Shown here: in pieces, positions 1 to 8,533 of the stretch
Numbering within the stretch: position 1 is the first letter of the stretch
Layout of the letters: every line of letters begins with the position of its first letter
Assembly: GCA_034926785.1 (NCBI GenBank)
Contig: JAYFQU010000027.1
Span: 11,400-75,399 of the forward strand
Length of the DNA stretch: 64,000 bases
Direction of reading: 5' to 3'
Source: Christensenella sp.
GTDB taxonomy: Bacteria; Bacillota; Clostridia; Christensenellales; CAG-138
Made by a program: the position numbers and the translations under genes
Notes under the pieces: generated by a model
What the model was told of the DNA's origin: nothing
Seen by the model: only the letters and a program-made list of their open reading frames with translations
Database searches by the model: none

Positions 1-357
1 TTTCAGCGCTAAAAACCGCAGGTAAAGCTCGCCTTCCCCGCTTTTTTTTAGGTAGTTGGCATAGAGCTGAAAGGAGCCGTCCTTTTCATAGAGCGAAGCC
101 CTGCCATAGAGGATCACCTGCATGCCGTCCTGCGGCTGGAAGTTGAGCCGCATTGCCTGCTGCCGGAACATGACGCAACGTACCAGCGCGTTCTCGTCCT
201 TCAGCGAAAAATACAGGTGCCCCGAGGAGTGCCTCTTAAAACCGCTGATCTCTCCGCTCACGCGAAGATCGCTCAGGTTCGGATCGCCAGAAAGAAGGAT
301 GGAAACATATTCATTCAATTCGCTTACACGGAAGATGGGCGTCAGTTCCTGTTCCAT
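1..357 (-). CDS. xseA: Exodeoxyribonuclease VII large subunit, N-terminal 119 aa (gene continues past window start)
   Basis: Not in ORF track (no in-window stop). Minus-strand translation from ATG at 357 reads MEQELTPIFRVSELNEYVSILLSGDPNLSDLRVSGEISGFKRHSSGHLYFSLKDENALVRCVMF..., the OB-fold N-terminus typical of XseA. A nusB/xseA neighbourhood is common in Firmicutes. Confidence 0.8.
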   Translation of the reverse strand, partial: MEQELTPIFRVSELNEYVSILLSGDPNLSDLRVSGEISGFKRHSSGHLYFSLKDENALVRCVMFRQQAMRLNFQPQDGMQVILYGRASLYEKDGSFQLYANYLKKSGEGELYLRFLALK

Positions 358-361
358 CGGA

Positions 362-1315
362 TCATCCCCCTTCGCGCAGGCGCCTATCGCGCGCAAGCAG
401 CGCGACGCCGACGGCGTTGTCCGCCGAAAGTCCGCTTCCGGCAAATAACAGTTTCGCATCCATCCGCTTTTGCAGCAGTTCTTTGAGGAGTGTGCTGCCG
501 GATACGCCGCCGGAGAGCAGCACCATTTTGCAGCCCGTCCGCTCGAATGCATTGGTCAGCATCTTTGCAAATGTCCGCGCCATGCAGTCATAGACCGCAA
601 ACGCGATCTCCTCTTTCTCCGTGCCGGACGCGACCAATCTCTGACAATGCGACTCCTGCCCGGAAAATGAGCAGTTCAACCCATGTACGCTGGAGGGCAG
701 TTTGATCTCACGTTTGATGGCCCGACGCGCGAGCGCCTCCAGATGAATGCCGCTCGGAAACGGCAACCCTAACGCAACCCCCACACGATCCACAAACTGC
801 CCCGCGTGGAGATCGCCGCATCCGCCGATGCGCTCGATATCGCCCAGCAATCCATCCTCCTGTTTGACCGAAAGCAAATCTGTTGTGCCGCCGGAGAGAT
901 GCATCGCGAGAAACGGCGATTCGTCGATTGCCCGCTCCTGGCCGAGCATAGCGGCGCGCACATGCCCCGCCTGATGCGTGGTTTCATAAAGCGGGACGTT
1001 GAGCGACGAGGCAATTGCCGTTGCGGCCAGTTTACCCGCCAGAAACACCGGCATATACGATTCCTCCGACCTGGCCGGTTTTGCGCTGACGCCAACGGCG
1101 GAAACCTCGCTGCGGTCAATCTGCTCCAGAAGCGCGCTCATCAGCGGCGGAAGATTGCGTACATGCTGAAATACCGCATCGCTTTGCCTTAACCCGCGTT
1201 CGCCTAACGGGACAGAAAGCACCGTTCTCCGTTCGAAAACGATGCCTTCGGTTGAAACACAGGAAATGGACGTCGTATAGTTGCTGGTATCGACGCCGAT
1301 AGAAAGCCACGTCAT
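362..1315 (-). CDS. Peptidase M22 / Kae1-TsaD-family (ASKHA fold) protein, divergent paralog rather than canonical TsaD
   Basis: 317 aa. N-terminal IGVDTSNYTTS, HQAGH motif, and SGGVSGS near the C-terminus. ATGA overlap with the nusB stop. Confidence 0.6.
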   Translation of the reverse strand: MTWLSIGVDTSNYTTSISCVSTEGIVFERRTVLSVPLGERGLRQSDAVFQHVRNLPPLMSALLEQIDRSEVSAVGVSAKPARSEESYMPVFLAGKLAATAIASSLNVPLYETTHQAGHVRAAMLGQERAIDESPFLAMHLSGGTTDLLSVKQEDGLLGDIERIGGCGDLHAGQFVDRVGVALGLPFPSGIHLEALARRAIKREIKLPSSVHGLNCSFSGQESHCQRLVASGTEKEEIAFAVYDCMARTFAKMLTNAFERTGCKMVLLSGGVSGSTLLKELLQKRMDAKLLFAGSGLSADNAVGVALLARDRRLREGG

Positions 1316-1725
1316 GGGGAGACAATCTCTTTTGCAACGCTGCCGAGAATACCGTTGATGAATGCGTAGGAGCGTTCGCCGCCATAACGCTTTGCCAGCT
1401 CAACCGCCTCGTTGATGGCAGCGCCTGTTGGCACATCCTCCCGACGGTATAACATCTCGTAAATCGCAACGCGCAGGATGCTCAGATCCACCCGTGCAAT
1501 ACGTTCAATTGCCCAGTCCTTCGAGTAACGCCCGATGATCTCATCCAGTTCCTCGCTGCGCGCGCAAACGCCTTCGAGCATTTGCGAAACATAGACGAGG
1601 TCCTCCTCGTCCAGCGTGCCGAGGGTCTCGGCCTTCTCGCAGACGTGTTCGGGGGTATCCTCACCACCAAGCAAATTGGAAAAGTGCATCATCATTGCGA
1701 CTTCGCGCGCGGTTGTCCTGCTCAT
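1312..1725 (-). CDS. nusB: Transcription antitermination factor NusB
   Basis: 137 aa. AREVAMMMHF...AINEAVELAKRYGGERSYAFINGILG is the conserved NusB pattern. Confidence 0.92.
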   Translation of the reverse strand: MSRTTAREVAMMMHFSNLLGGEDTPEHVCEKAETLGTLDEEDLVYVSQMLEGVCARSEELDEIIGRYSKDWAIERIARVDLSILRVAIYEMLYRREDVPTGAAINEAVELAKRYGGERSYAFINGILGSVAKEIVSP

Positions 1726-1728
1726 GTT

Positions 1729-1950
1729 TTATGAATCCTTGGTAAAAAGCTTGTTAAAAAAGTTACGAATTCCCTCCGGGCCGCTCTGGTCAAGCAGGTA
1801 TCCGATCAGGAAGCAAAGGGCAAGAATCAAAATCAGCAGTAGCGTTCGCCAAAACCCGATTGTAAAGAATAAAATCGACAAAATCAGGCCGACAAGCACA
1901 AGCAGCACGGTGAATTTGTGTTTCTTAATAAACTCCAGAAACGCGCTCAT
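1729..1950 (-). CDS. DUF2273 small integral membrane protein
   Basis: Start moved to the internal ATG (MSAFLEFIKKHKFTVLLVLVGLILS...). Two TM helices. The conserved asp23-amaP-DUF2273 gene order supports the call. Confidence 0.75.
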   Translation of the reverse strand: MSAFLEFIKKHKFTVLLVLVGLILSILFFTIGFWRTLLLILILALCFLIGYLLDQSGPEGIRNFFNKLFTKDS

Positions 1951-1960
1951 GGTTCTTTCC

Positions 1961-2533
1961 TCATTCCGTACGGGACACAGCGGCTGTCGTCGCCGGAACC
2001 GCCGCGCTCTCAATCAGTACGCCGATTTCATTCACCTGAATGCCGGTCAGCGATTCGATAGACTCCTTGAGCGACTTTTGCAGCTCGCTCGAAAGCGTAG
2101 CCACATCCGTATCCGGCAAAACGCAGAGGCGAATGCCGATGGTCACGCCGGTTTCCGAGGAGTGTATCGTCGTGTGTGCGTCCTTGACGCGCGAAATCGC
2201 GCGGCAGTGTTTTTGCACCATGCTGTCCAGCGCTTCCAGAGAGATAAACGTTCCGCCAAACTCCGTCTGGCGCATAAGCGCGGAGGCGGGGCGAACCTCG
2301 GCAGACTTGCTTCTTCCCGCAAAGAGCAACTTGATGCTGATCAGCAGCAGTAGCAAGCCTGCGCCGGCAAGTATGAGCGCATTTTGACGGAACATATAGA
2401 ACAGACCGACAAAATTGCCGACCATATCCTCGCGAATCAGGTTTGCCGCGATTCCAAAGAGAATAAATGAAACGAGAATTGCGGCAATCAAAAGAATGCC
2501 CAACAGAAATCGATCAAACAGCTTGAGTTTCAT
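1961..2533 (-). CDS. amaP: Alkaline shock response membrane anchor protein AmaP
   Basis: 190 aa with N-terminal TM helices. It lies directly downstream of asp23, as in other Firmicutes. Confidence 0.75.
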   Translation of the reverse strand: MKLKLFDRFLLGILLIAAILVSFILFGIAANLIREDMVGNFVGLFYMFRQNALILAGAGLLLLLISIKLLFAGRSKSAEVRPASALMRQTEFGGTFISLEALDSMVQKHCRAISRVKDAHTTIHSSETGVTIGIRLCVLPDTDVATLSSELQKSLKESIESLTGIQVNEIGVLIESAAVPATTAAVSRTE

Positions 2534-2675
2534 AGTGAAAAAACTCCTTCTCGTTTGCCGCCGACATGCAGCTTAGCCGAGCGACGCAAAACAAATTGTC
2601 CTCACGCGAAAAATCATAAATCAGTGAAACGGGCGGAACGTAATCCGCCCGCAACCCGACTCGCCGACATCGCTT

Positions 2676-3164
2676 TTATTTTACGCGCGGAGGTTCCGGT
2701 TCAACGACTTCCGCCAAAACCGGCTGCGCTTCCTTTTCCTTTGCCTTTTCCTTGCGTTTTGCATTGCGCGCGTCGTCCTTCTCGGCCGGCTCAAACACAA
2801 CGCTCTGCACAAATACGTTGATCTCCACAACGCGCAGACCGGTCATGGTCTCAATCGCGCTCTTGATCGACTGCTGAATCTTCTCGCAAACTTCCTTGAT
2901 CTTATAGCCGTATTTGATGCTGACGGAAACGTCTACGGCGGCCTCTTCCGTGCCTACCTCAACCTTTACGCCCTTGGTTACGTTCTTCTTGCCGAGCATT
3001 TCGGTGATGCCTTCGACAACACCGCCGCTCAGCGCAGAAACACCATCTACATCTGAAACCGCAAGCGCGGCAATGGTAGCGACGACTTCGTCCGCAAATA
3101 TGATTCGGCCGCCCTCCGCTTCCACCTTGGAAACTTCGGTGCTCGTCTTCTTTTCTTCGGACAT
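2676..3164 (-). CDS. asp23: Asp23/Gls24 family envelope stress response protein
   Basis: GRIIFADEVVATIAALAVSDVDGV... is the DUF322/Asp23 signature. ATG at 3164 follows GGAGG by 7 nt; the track start at 3170 is a GTG. Confidence 0.9.
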   Translation of the reverse strand: MSEEKKTSTEVSKVEAEGGRIIFADEVVATIAALAVSDVDGVSALSGGVVEGITEMLGKKNVTKGVKVEVGTEEAAVDVSVSIKYGYKIKEVCEKIQQSIKSAIETMTGLRVVEINVFVQSVVFEPAEKDDARNAKRKEKAKEKEAQPVLAEVVEPEPPRVK

Positions 3165-3610
3165 ATGCACACCTCCATTCTTGATATTAAAAATTATACC
3201 AGTCGCGCGGGTTGATGTAAATATGCAAGAGGCCTGCCTTGTTACCCACGCGTGAACGCATTGCGGCTTCTTTAAGGCATTTTCTGGTTCATTGGTAAAA
3301 CGCCCGCGTTTCGCCGCCTCGAAAAATCGTTTTTAAAGCGCATATCTTCGTTTCATTTACCTGCGCGCTTAGCAAGTATACGAAATTATTTGTATAAACG
3401 CAACCTCTAGTTACAAGTGATGCGGATATACGGAGCCCCCCGCGTTTTTGAATCGTGTAAAAAACGTTTGCGCGTTGACCAATTGTATATTTGTATACAG
3501 CCCTCTTGTTTTTCGAACTAAAAAATATTACACTGATAACAGGAATTGAGAGCGACAATTCCTTTTTTCCATCGTATGCGGGCGCTTTCAGCCCGCGAAA
3601 GAGAGATTTC

Positions 3611-4264
3611 ATGAACGGTTATTATGAGAATAAGGACTATGGTTCGCTGTCCGAGAAGGTCTATCGCTTTCTTCGCGATGGCATCGCCGAAGGCCGCTAT
3701 CAAACAGGCGATTGTCTGATTGAGATGAAAATCGCCGAAGAGCTTGGTGTGAGCCGAACGCCGGTACGCGAGGCGCTCAAACAGCTCGAACTGGAAGACC
3801 TGGTTTCGTCGCATCCCAATCGCGGCGTCGTCGTCAAAGGCTTATCCAGCGAGGACTTGCAGGATGTTTCTACCATTCGCCATCTGCTCGAAGGGCAGGC
3901 CGCCTTCTGGGCGGCGCAGCGCATAAACGATTCTCAACTCAAAGAGCTTCGAGAGGTTGTGGAGCTCATGGAGTTCTACACCGCGAAGAATGATGTCGCG
4001 CATCTCGTCGCGCTGGATACGCGTTTCCACGAATTGATCTATGAAGCGAGCGGCAGCCGTACGATCCGTCATATCCTCGCCTCGCTGCACCACAATATCC
4101 GCAAGGCGAGACAAAGCTCTTTAACCTTGCCCGACCGCGCGCCAAATTCTCTGGCGGAGCACCAGAATATCTTTCATGCAATTGAGCGCAGGGACGCCCC
4201 GGCCGCCAAGGCGGAGATGGATGCCCATGTCGCCATAGCCGCGGGAAACCGACCGAGCGAGTAA
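3611..4264 (+). CDS. GntR family transcriptional regulator (FadR-type, FCD C-terminal domain)
   Basis: Winged-HTH EMKIAEELGVSRTPVREAL followed by an all-helical FCD-like domain. Start set to ATG 3611 (MNGYYENKDYGSLSEKVY...); the upstream part of the ORF is AT-rich leader. Confidence 0.88.
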   Translation: MNGYYENKDYGSLSEKVYRFLRDGIAEGRYQTGDCLIEMKIAEELGVSRTPVREALKQLELEDLVSSHPNRGVVVKGLSSEDLQDVSTIRHLLEGQAAFWAAQRINDSQLKELREVVELMEFYTAKNDVAHLVALDTRFHELIYEASGSRTIRHILASLHHNIRKARQSSLTLPDRAPNSLAEHQNIFHAIERRDAPAAKAEMDAHVAIAAGNRPSE

Positions 4265-4331
4265 CCGCCGTCGGACTCCCGCTGTTTTTTTCTTCTCTTT
4301 TCACTCAACGACGCAACGGGAGGGCGCAGGC

Positions 4332-5546
4332 ATGCGATTGGACGCAATCTGTGAGCGGCACGCAAACGGCGGACCGGGTGAGTTTATTCTTGCAAAGGCC
4401 GAAGAGGCGCTGCCGTCCCTATTGGAATCCTGCCGTGGGGATGTCCAGGTGGTCTATCTTGATCCTCCTTTTGGAACGGGCGATACATTTCATATGAAGA
4501 TTGGCGCGGGAAAACGCCAGCTGAGTCTACCTGTATATGCGGATAATATGGACGAGAGCGCATATTTGAGCTGGATGCGCATCATCCTCTGCGGCGCGCG
4601 AGATTTGCTCAGCGAATCCGGCTCGCTCTATCTGCATATTGACTATCGCATGAGCGCAAAGCTCAGGCTCCTTTTAGATGAGATCTTCGGCGCACAAAAC
4701 TTCATGAACGAAATCGTCTGGTGCTACAAGTCCGGCGGTCGCAGCACACGCTACTATCCGCGCAAACACGACACAATCCTGTTCTATCGCAAGAGCGCAA
4801 AGGTCTACTTTAACATTCAAGCGGTTGGCAGCCCTCGCGGGCCGGAAAAGCGCAACCACATGAAGCGCTTTATCGACGAGAACGGGCGCATCTGTTTCTC
4901 CATACGATCCGCAGGCAAGGTCTACACCTACTATGAAGATACGCTGGTGTATCCCAGCGACGTTTGGGACGATATCGAGCACCTTCAGCAAAAGGATACC
5001 GAGCGCGTCGGCTATGCCACACAAAAACCGGAGGCATTGCTCAACCGCATCCTCCTCGCATCGTCGAAACCGGGCGATCTTGTCTGTGACTTTTTCTCCG
5101 GCAGCGGAACAACAGCCGCGTCGGCCAGCAAACTCGGCAGGCGGTTTCTGGTGTTGGATGCCTCCCCGTTATCTCTCTACACGATCCGCGCACGGCAGTT
5201 GAAATCCGCCAGCGCGCATTCCATGCTCGAAGGAGACAAGGAACTCGTTTTGCGCTATCCGATGGATGCAACGCCGGCGGAATGCAAAGCCTCCGTCACA
5301 ACCATTCGCGGCGCGCGCATGCTCTCGCTCGAAAGCGCTGGCTTCCACGCCGCATATCCGATTGTTTACGCAGCGGTCGGCTCGGTTGCGGGCGATTGTT
5401 TTGTTCCGTTCGCAACGGACTGCCGCCCGAAGCTTCCATTGCTCCTGCCAATAGCAGATCTTGAAAATCCCGTCGTGCAGTTTGTTGACGCCATGGGACA
5501 TATGGCGTTTTTCACGGTTGATTCGTTTAACGGGAGTGTTGAATGA
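4332..5546 (+). CDS. Site-specific DNA methyltransferase (beta-class N6A/N4C type) with ~130-aa C-terminal domain of unknown function
   Basis: Motif IV VYLDPPFGTG precedes motif I DFFSGSGTTAASA, the beta-class order. RBS GGGAGGG lies upstream of ATG 4332. No restriction endonuclease gene is adjacent. Confidence 0.85.
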   Translation: MRLDAICERHANGGPGEFILAKAEEALPSLLESCRGDVQVVYLDPPFGTGDTFHMKIGAGKRQLSLPVYADNMDESAYLSWMRIILCGARDLLSESGSLYLHIDYRMSAKLRLLLDEIFGAQNFMNEIVWCYKSGGRSTRYYPRKHDTILFYRKSAKVYFNIQAVGSPRGPEKRNHMKRFIDENGRICFSIRSAGKVYTYYEDTLVYPSDVWDDIEHLQQKDTERVGYATQKPEALLNRILLASSKPGDLVCDFFSGSGTTAASASKLGRRFLVLDASPLSLYTIRARQLKSASAHSMLEGDKELVLRYPMDATPAECKASVTTIRGARMLSLESAGFHAAYPIVYAAVGSVAGDCFVPFATDCRPKLPLLLPIADLENPVVQFVDAMGHMAFFTVDSFNGSVE

Positions 5547-5737
5547 AAGAATTTATTCGCGCGCAGTATCCCGGCGACATCATACCCGGCTACTATACCG
5601 ATAAAAATCACTGGTGTTCCCTCTTTTGGGATAGCGCCGTGCCGGACGATATCACCCGAGCAATGCTTCACAATGGATATGAAACCACGCTCGCCAGCCT
5701 GACAAAAAAGGTGCGGGCGGCGATTCTAGAGAAATGA
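5543..5737 (+). CDS. MmcQ/YjbR-family protein, C-terminal half only (64 aa)
   Basis: GYYTDKNHWCSLFWDSAVPDDITRAML matches the ...NKKHW..V.LDG.vpd... half of YjbR-like proteins (~115 aa). ATGA overlap with the methyltransferase stop. Confidence 0.55.
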   Translation: MKEFIRAQYPGDIIPGYYTDKNHWCSLFWDSAVPDDITRAMLHNGYETTLASLTKKVRAAILEK

Positions 5738-5778
5738 TACGCTGACATTCTTGTCGCTTACCACCCGACCAGGCGTTT

Positions 5779-5973
5779 GAGACCGTCAAAAAAAAGAATT
5801 TTTTGGCGAGGCGACCGCTCTCCGTCTCTCGTCCTTCGGACTCTGAATGGTAAAAGCCGTGACGAAACGGCCCAATTTCGGGCAATCTGTCACGGTGGCA
5901 AAGCCACCGCAGCCGGAATCTGCGGGTGAAGGGCAGCGGTCCAAAACAGTCCCGGGTCTTTTTTGACAGACCG
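5779..5973 (+). repeat. Family-Y structured intergenic repeat, copy A (~195 bp)
   Basis: Aligns end to end with the reverse complement of 34565-34756. The two share an identical 22-mer GGCAAAGCCACCGCAGCCGGAA (5897-5918). Ends are GAGACCGTCAAAAAAAAG... and ...CTTTTTTGACAGACCG (imperfect TIR). Confidence 0.7.
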
Positions 5974-6061
5974 TGGCGTTTTGGTTTCGTTCATCATAAG
6001 TTCACGTTTAGAGAAAATCCCTGACTGGCAATATATGATCGTTTCAGGTATGATTTGCAAT

Positions 6062-7177
6062 ATGAGTGATCAAACACAAACGCAATTGTCTGTTGAAGAG
6101 CAAGTGCCGCCCTCCGGCAAAGCAGATTCAACCCAAAAAAGCAAACGCCTGCGCCTCGTGAGCACATTGTTCATGCTGGCTTTGATTGTCGTTACGCTTG
6201 TTGTGATCTTTCGGGATACTTCGCTCGGCGAACTATGGGGTGCGATCCGCTCCGCCAACCTCTGGTGGCTTCTCGGCGCCCTCTTTGCGGCCGTTTTTGC
6301 CTCTCTGATGTTTGGCGTCGCGCTGCATATCGCCCTGCGTGCGCTCTATGGCAAGCCAATTTCCCTGATGCGCAACATCGGGTTTGGCTATATTGGACAG
6401 TACTATACCGCCATTACGCCCGCAGGCGTCGCCGGTCAGCCAATGCAGCTCTACTATATGCTCGCCTACGGGGTTGAGGTGTCCTATGCGTCCCTCTCCC
6501 TGCTGCTCGTGAACGCCGCGCATCAACTCGTCGTATTGTTGATTCCGACCGTTCTGTTTCCGTTTCGCGCAAGTTTGATTCTTCAAAACCTTGGCGGGTT
6601 TCTTTGGTTCTTTTTGCTCGGCTCGCTGATCAATATCGGCCTCATCCTGTTCCTGCTCTTTGCGATGTTTTCCCGGAATTTTGCGGGGCGCATCGTGCAC
6701 AAGGTGATTACTCTGCTGGCAAAAATGCGCATCCTGAAAAACCCGGAGAAGCTGGAGGCGCGGGCCGCGGAGCAGATCGCGCTCTACAAGAAAGGCGCGG
6801 AGGTCTTTAAGAGGCACAAATGGCTGCTTATCGCCGAGCTCATCAGCTATATGCTTCTGCTTGGTTCGCAGTTTGTTATACCGTATTTCATCTATCGTTC
6901 GTTTAATCTCTCCGCATATGGCATGGTCGATTTTATCGCGCTGCAATCGGTGCTCTATCTGGCCGTCTGCTTTCTCCCCATCCCCGGGTCCGCAGGCGCA
7001 AGCGAGAGCGGGTTTGTGCAGCTTTTCCGTGTCCTGTTTCAGAGCGCGCTCATCGTCCCCGCGATGCTGTTAAGCCGCGTTGCCAGCTTCTATTTCATCC
7101 TGCTGCTCAGCGGCGCGGTCTCGCTTGCGATGCAATTCGTGCTGAACCATCGAAAGAAACACCACCCTCCGGCTTAA
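6062..7177 (+). CDS. Flippase-like / lysylphosphatidylglycerol-synthase TM-region (UPF0104) membrane protein
   Basis: Multi-TM protein with GYIGQYYTAITPAGVAGQPMQLYY, typical of the UPF0104 family. Start is uncertain (ATG at 6035, 6050 or 6062); the track start 5963 lies inside repeat Y-A. Confidence 0.75.
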   Translation: MSDQTQTQLSVEEQVPPSGKADSTQKSKRLRLVSTLFMLALIVVTLVVIFRDTSLGELWGAIRSANLWWLLGALFAAVFASLMFGVALHIALRALYGKPISLMRNIGFGYIGQYYTAITPAGVAGQPMQLYYMLAYGVEVSYASLSLLLVNAAHQLVVLLIPTVLFPFRASLILQNLGGFLWFFLLGSLINIGLILFLLFAMFSRNFAGRIVHKVITLLAKMRILKNPEKLEARAAEQIALYKKGAEVFKRHKWLLIAELISYMLLLGSQFVIPYFIYRSFNLSAYGMVDFIALQSVLYLAVCFLPIPGSAGASESGFVQLFRVLFQSALIVPAMLLSRVASFYFILLLSGAVSLAMQFVLNHRKKHHPPA

Positions 7178-7205
7178 TAAGAAAAACGCCCGACAAACGC
7201 AAAGC

Positions 7206-7240
7206 GGCCTCCCCTTTTTCATCGGGGAGGCCGCCGTTTT
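7206..7240. terminator. Bidirectional rho-independent terminator between convergent genes
   Basis: GGCCTCCCC-tttttcatc-GGGGAGGCC followed by GCCGTTTT. Confidence 0.8.
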
Positions 7241-7246
7241 GACGAT

Positions 7247-8398
7247 TTATTTTTTTGACCCGCTTGCGCGGTTAAATCCGCTCTTTTTCCCGGTTCTGCC
7301 CTCCCCGGCTTCACCGAGGGTTTCCGCAAACTGTTCCAGAATTCTGCGTTGCTCGTCGCTGAGATGCTTGGGCACCTCAATCGCAACGGTCACCAGCAGA
7401 TCGCCCTTTCCGTTTGCATTCAAGCGCTGAACTCCCTGCTCCCTTAAGCGGAAGGTAGAGCCTGTCTGCGTTCCGGCGGGGATTTGATACTTCACGCTCT
7501 CCTTGAGCGTCGGCACCGTCAAACTGCCACCGAGCGCAGCCATGGTAAAGGAGATTGGCATGTCCAAATAGAGGTCAACGCCCTTTCTCGTGAACTGGCG
7601 ATGCGGACGGACGGTAATGGTCACATACAGGTCGCCGTTCTGGCCGCCCCTGTGCCCCGCGCTGCCCATGCCGCGCAGGCAGAGACTCTGCCCGTTGTCG
7701 ATACCCGCGGGAATCTTAACGGTTTTTTTCAGATTCTTGCGGACGCGACCCGTGCCGCGGCAGTCCGCGCAGGGATCCGCAATCACCTTGCCCGTTCCTT
7801 TGCAAGCCGTGCAGGGGCGTGTGGAGGTAAAGGAGCCGAGGATTGTGCTCTGCTGTGTCCGCACCTGTCCCGTGCCGTTGCAGGTTTTGCAGGTGACAGG
7901 CTCCGTGCCTGGTTTTGCGCCGGAACCGTGGCAGGTTTCGCAAACCTCCTCGCGCGGGATGGTAATCTCCTTTTCAACGCCGAATGCCGCTTCTTCAAAC
8001 GTGATGGTCAGATTATAGCGCAAATCGTCGCCCGGGATCGGGCCATTTCTCGTCTGCCCGCCGCCAAAACCGCCGAATCCGCCGCCAAACATCTGACCCA
8101 GAATATCGCCAAAGTCGCCAAAGCCGCCAAAACCGCCGCCGGAGAACGGATCCTGCCCGCCCATGCTTGGGTCAAACGCCGCGTGCCCGAACTGGTCGTA
8201 TTTTGCGCGCTTATCCGCGTCCGACAGGATCTCAGCCGCTTCGTTGAGTTCTTTAAACTGCGCCTCCTTGGCCTTGTCGCCGGGATGCAGGTCGGGGTGG
8301 CACTCCTTCGCTTTTTTCCGGAACGCGCTCTTGATCTCGCTTTCCGTTGCGGTTTTACTCACGCCCAATATTTCGTAATAATCGCGTTTATCTGCCAA
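7247..8398 (-). CDS. dnaJ: Molecular chaperone DnaJ
   Basis: J-domain with HPD (KECHPDLHPGD), G/F-rich linker, and four CxxCxGxG zinc-finger repeats. Confidence 0.97.
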   Translation of the reverse strand: MADKRDYYEILGVSKTATESEIKSAFRKKAKECHPDLHPGDKAKEAQFKELNEAAEILSDADKRAKYDQFGHAAFDPSMGGQDPFSGGGFGGFGDFGDILGQMFGGGFGGFGGGQTRNGPIPGDDLRYNLTITFEEAAFGVEKEITIPREEVCETCHGSGAKPGTEPVTCKTCNGTGQVRTQQSTILGSFTSTRPCTACKGTGKVIADPCADCRGTGRVRKNLKKTVKIPAGIDNGQSLCLRGMGSAGHRGGQNGDLYVTITVRPHRQFTRKGVDLYLDMPISFTMAALGGSLTVPTLKESVKYQIPAGTQTGSTFRLREQGVQRLNANGKGDLLVTVAIEVPKHLSDEQRRILEQFAETLGEAGEGRTGKKSGFNRASGSKK

Positions 8399-8533
8399 CG
8401 CCCGTCACCTCTCTTTGCGGAACGCACATCATGTGATTCTTACGCTCCGCCCCCATTATTTCCCGACAAGGAGGCGCAAGTGTTTTGCGCCTCCTCGTCT
8501 TATTTATACCTGTCAGAAAGCGAGTTCCATCGC

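Noticed and set aside
5738-5962. Riboswitch upstream of the UPF0104 membrane protein gene
   Set aside because: I compared it mentally with c-di-GMP-I, cobalamin, glycine, ZTP, fluoride and guanidine motifs and found no core match. The region is instead a copy of the family-Y dispersed repeat.
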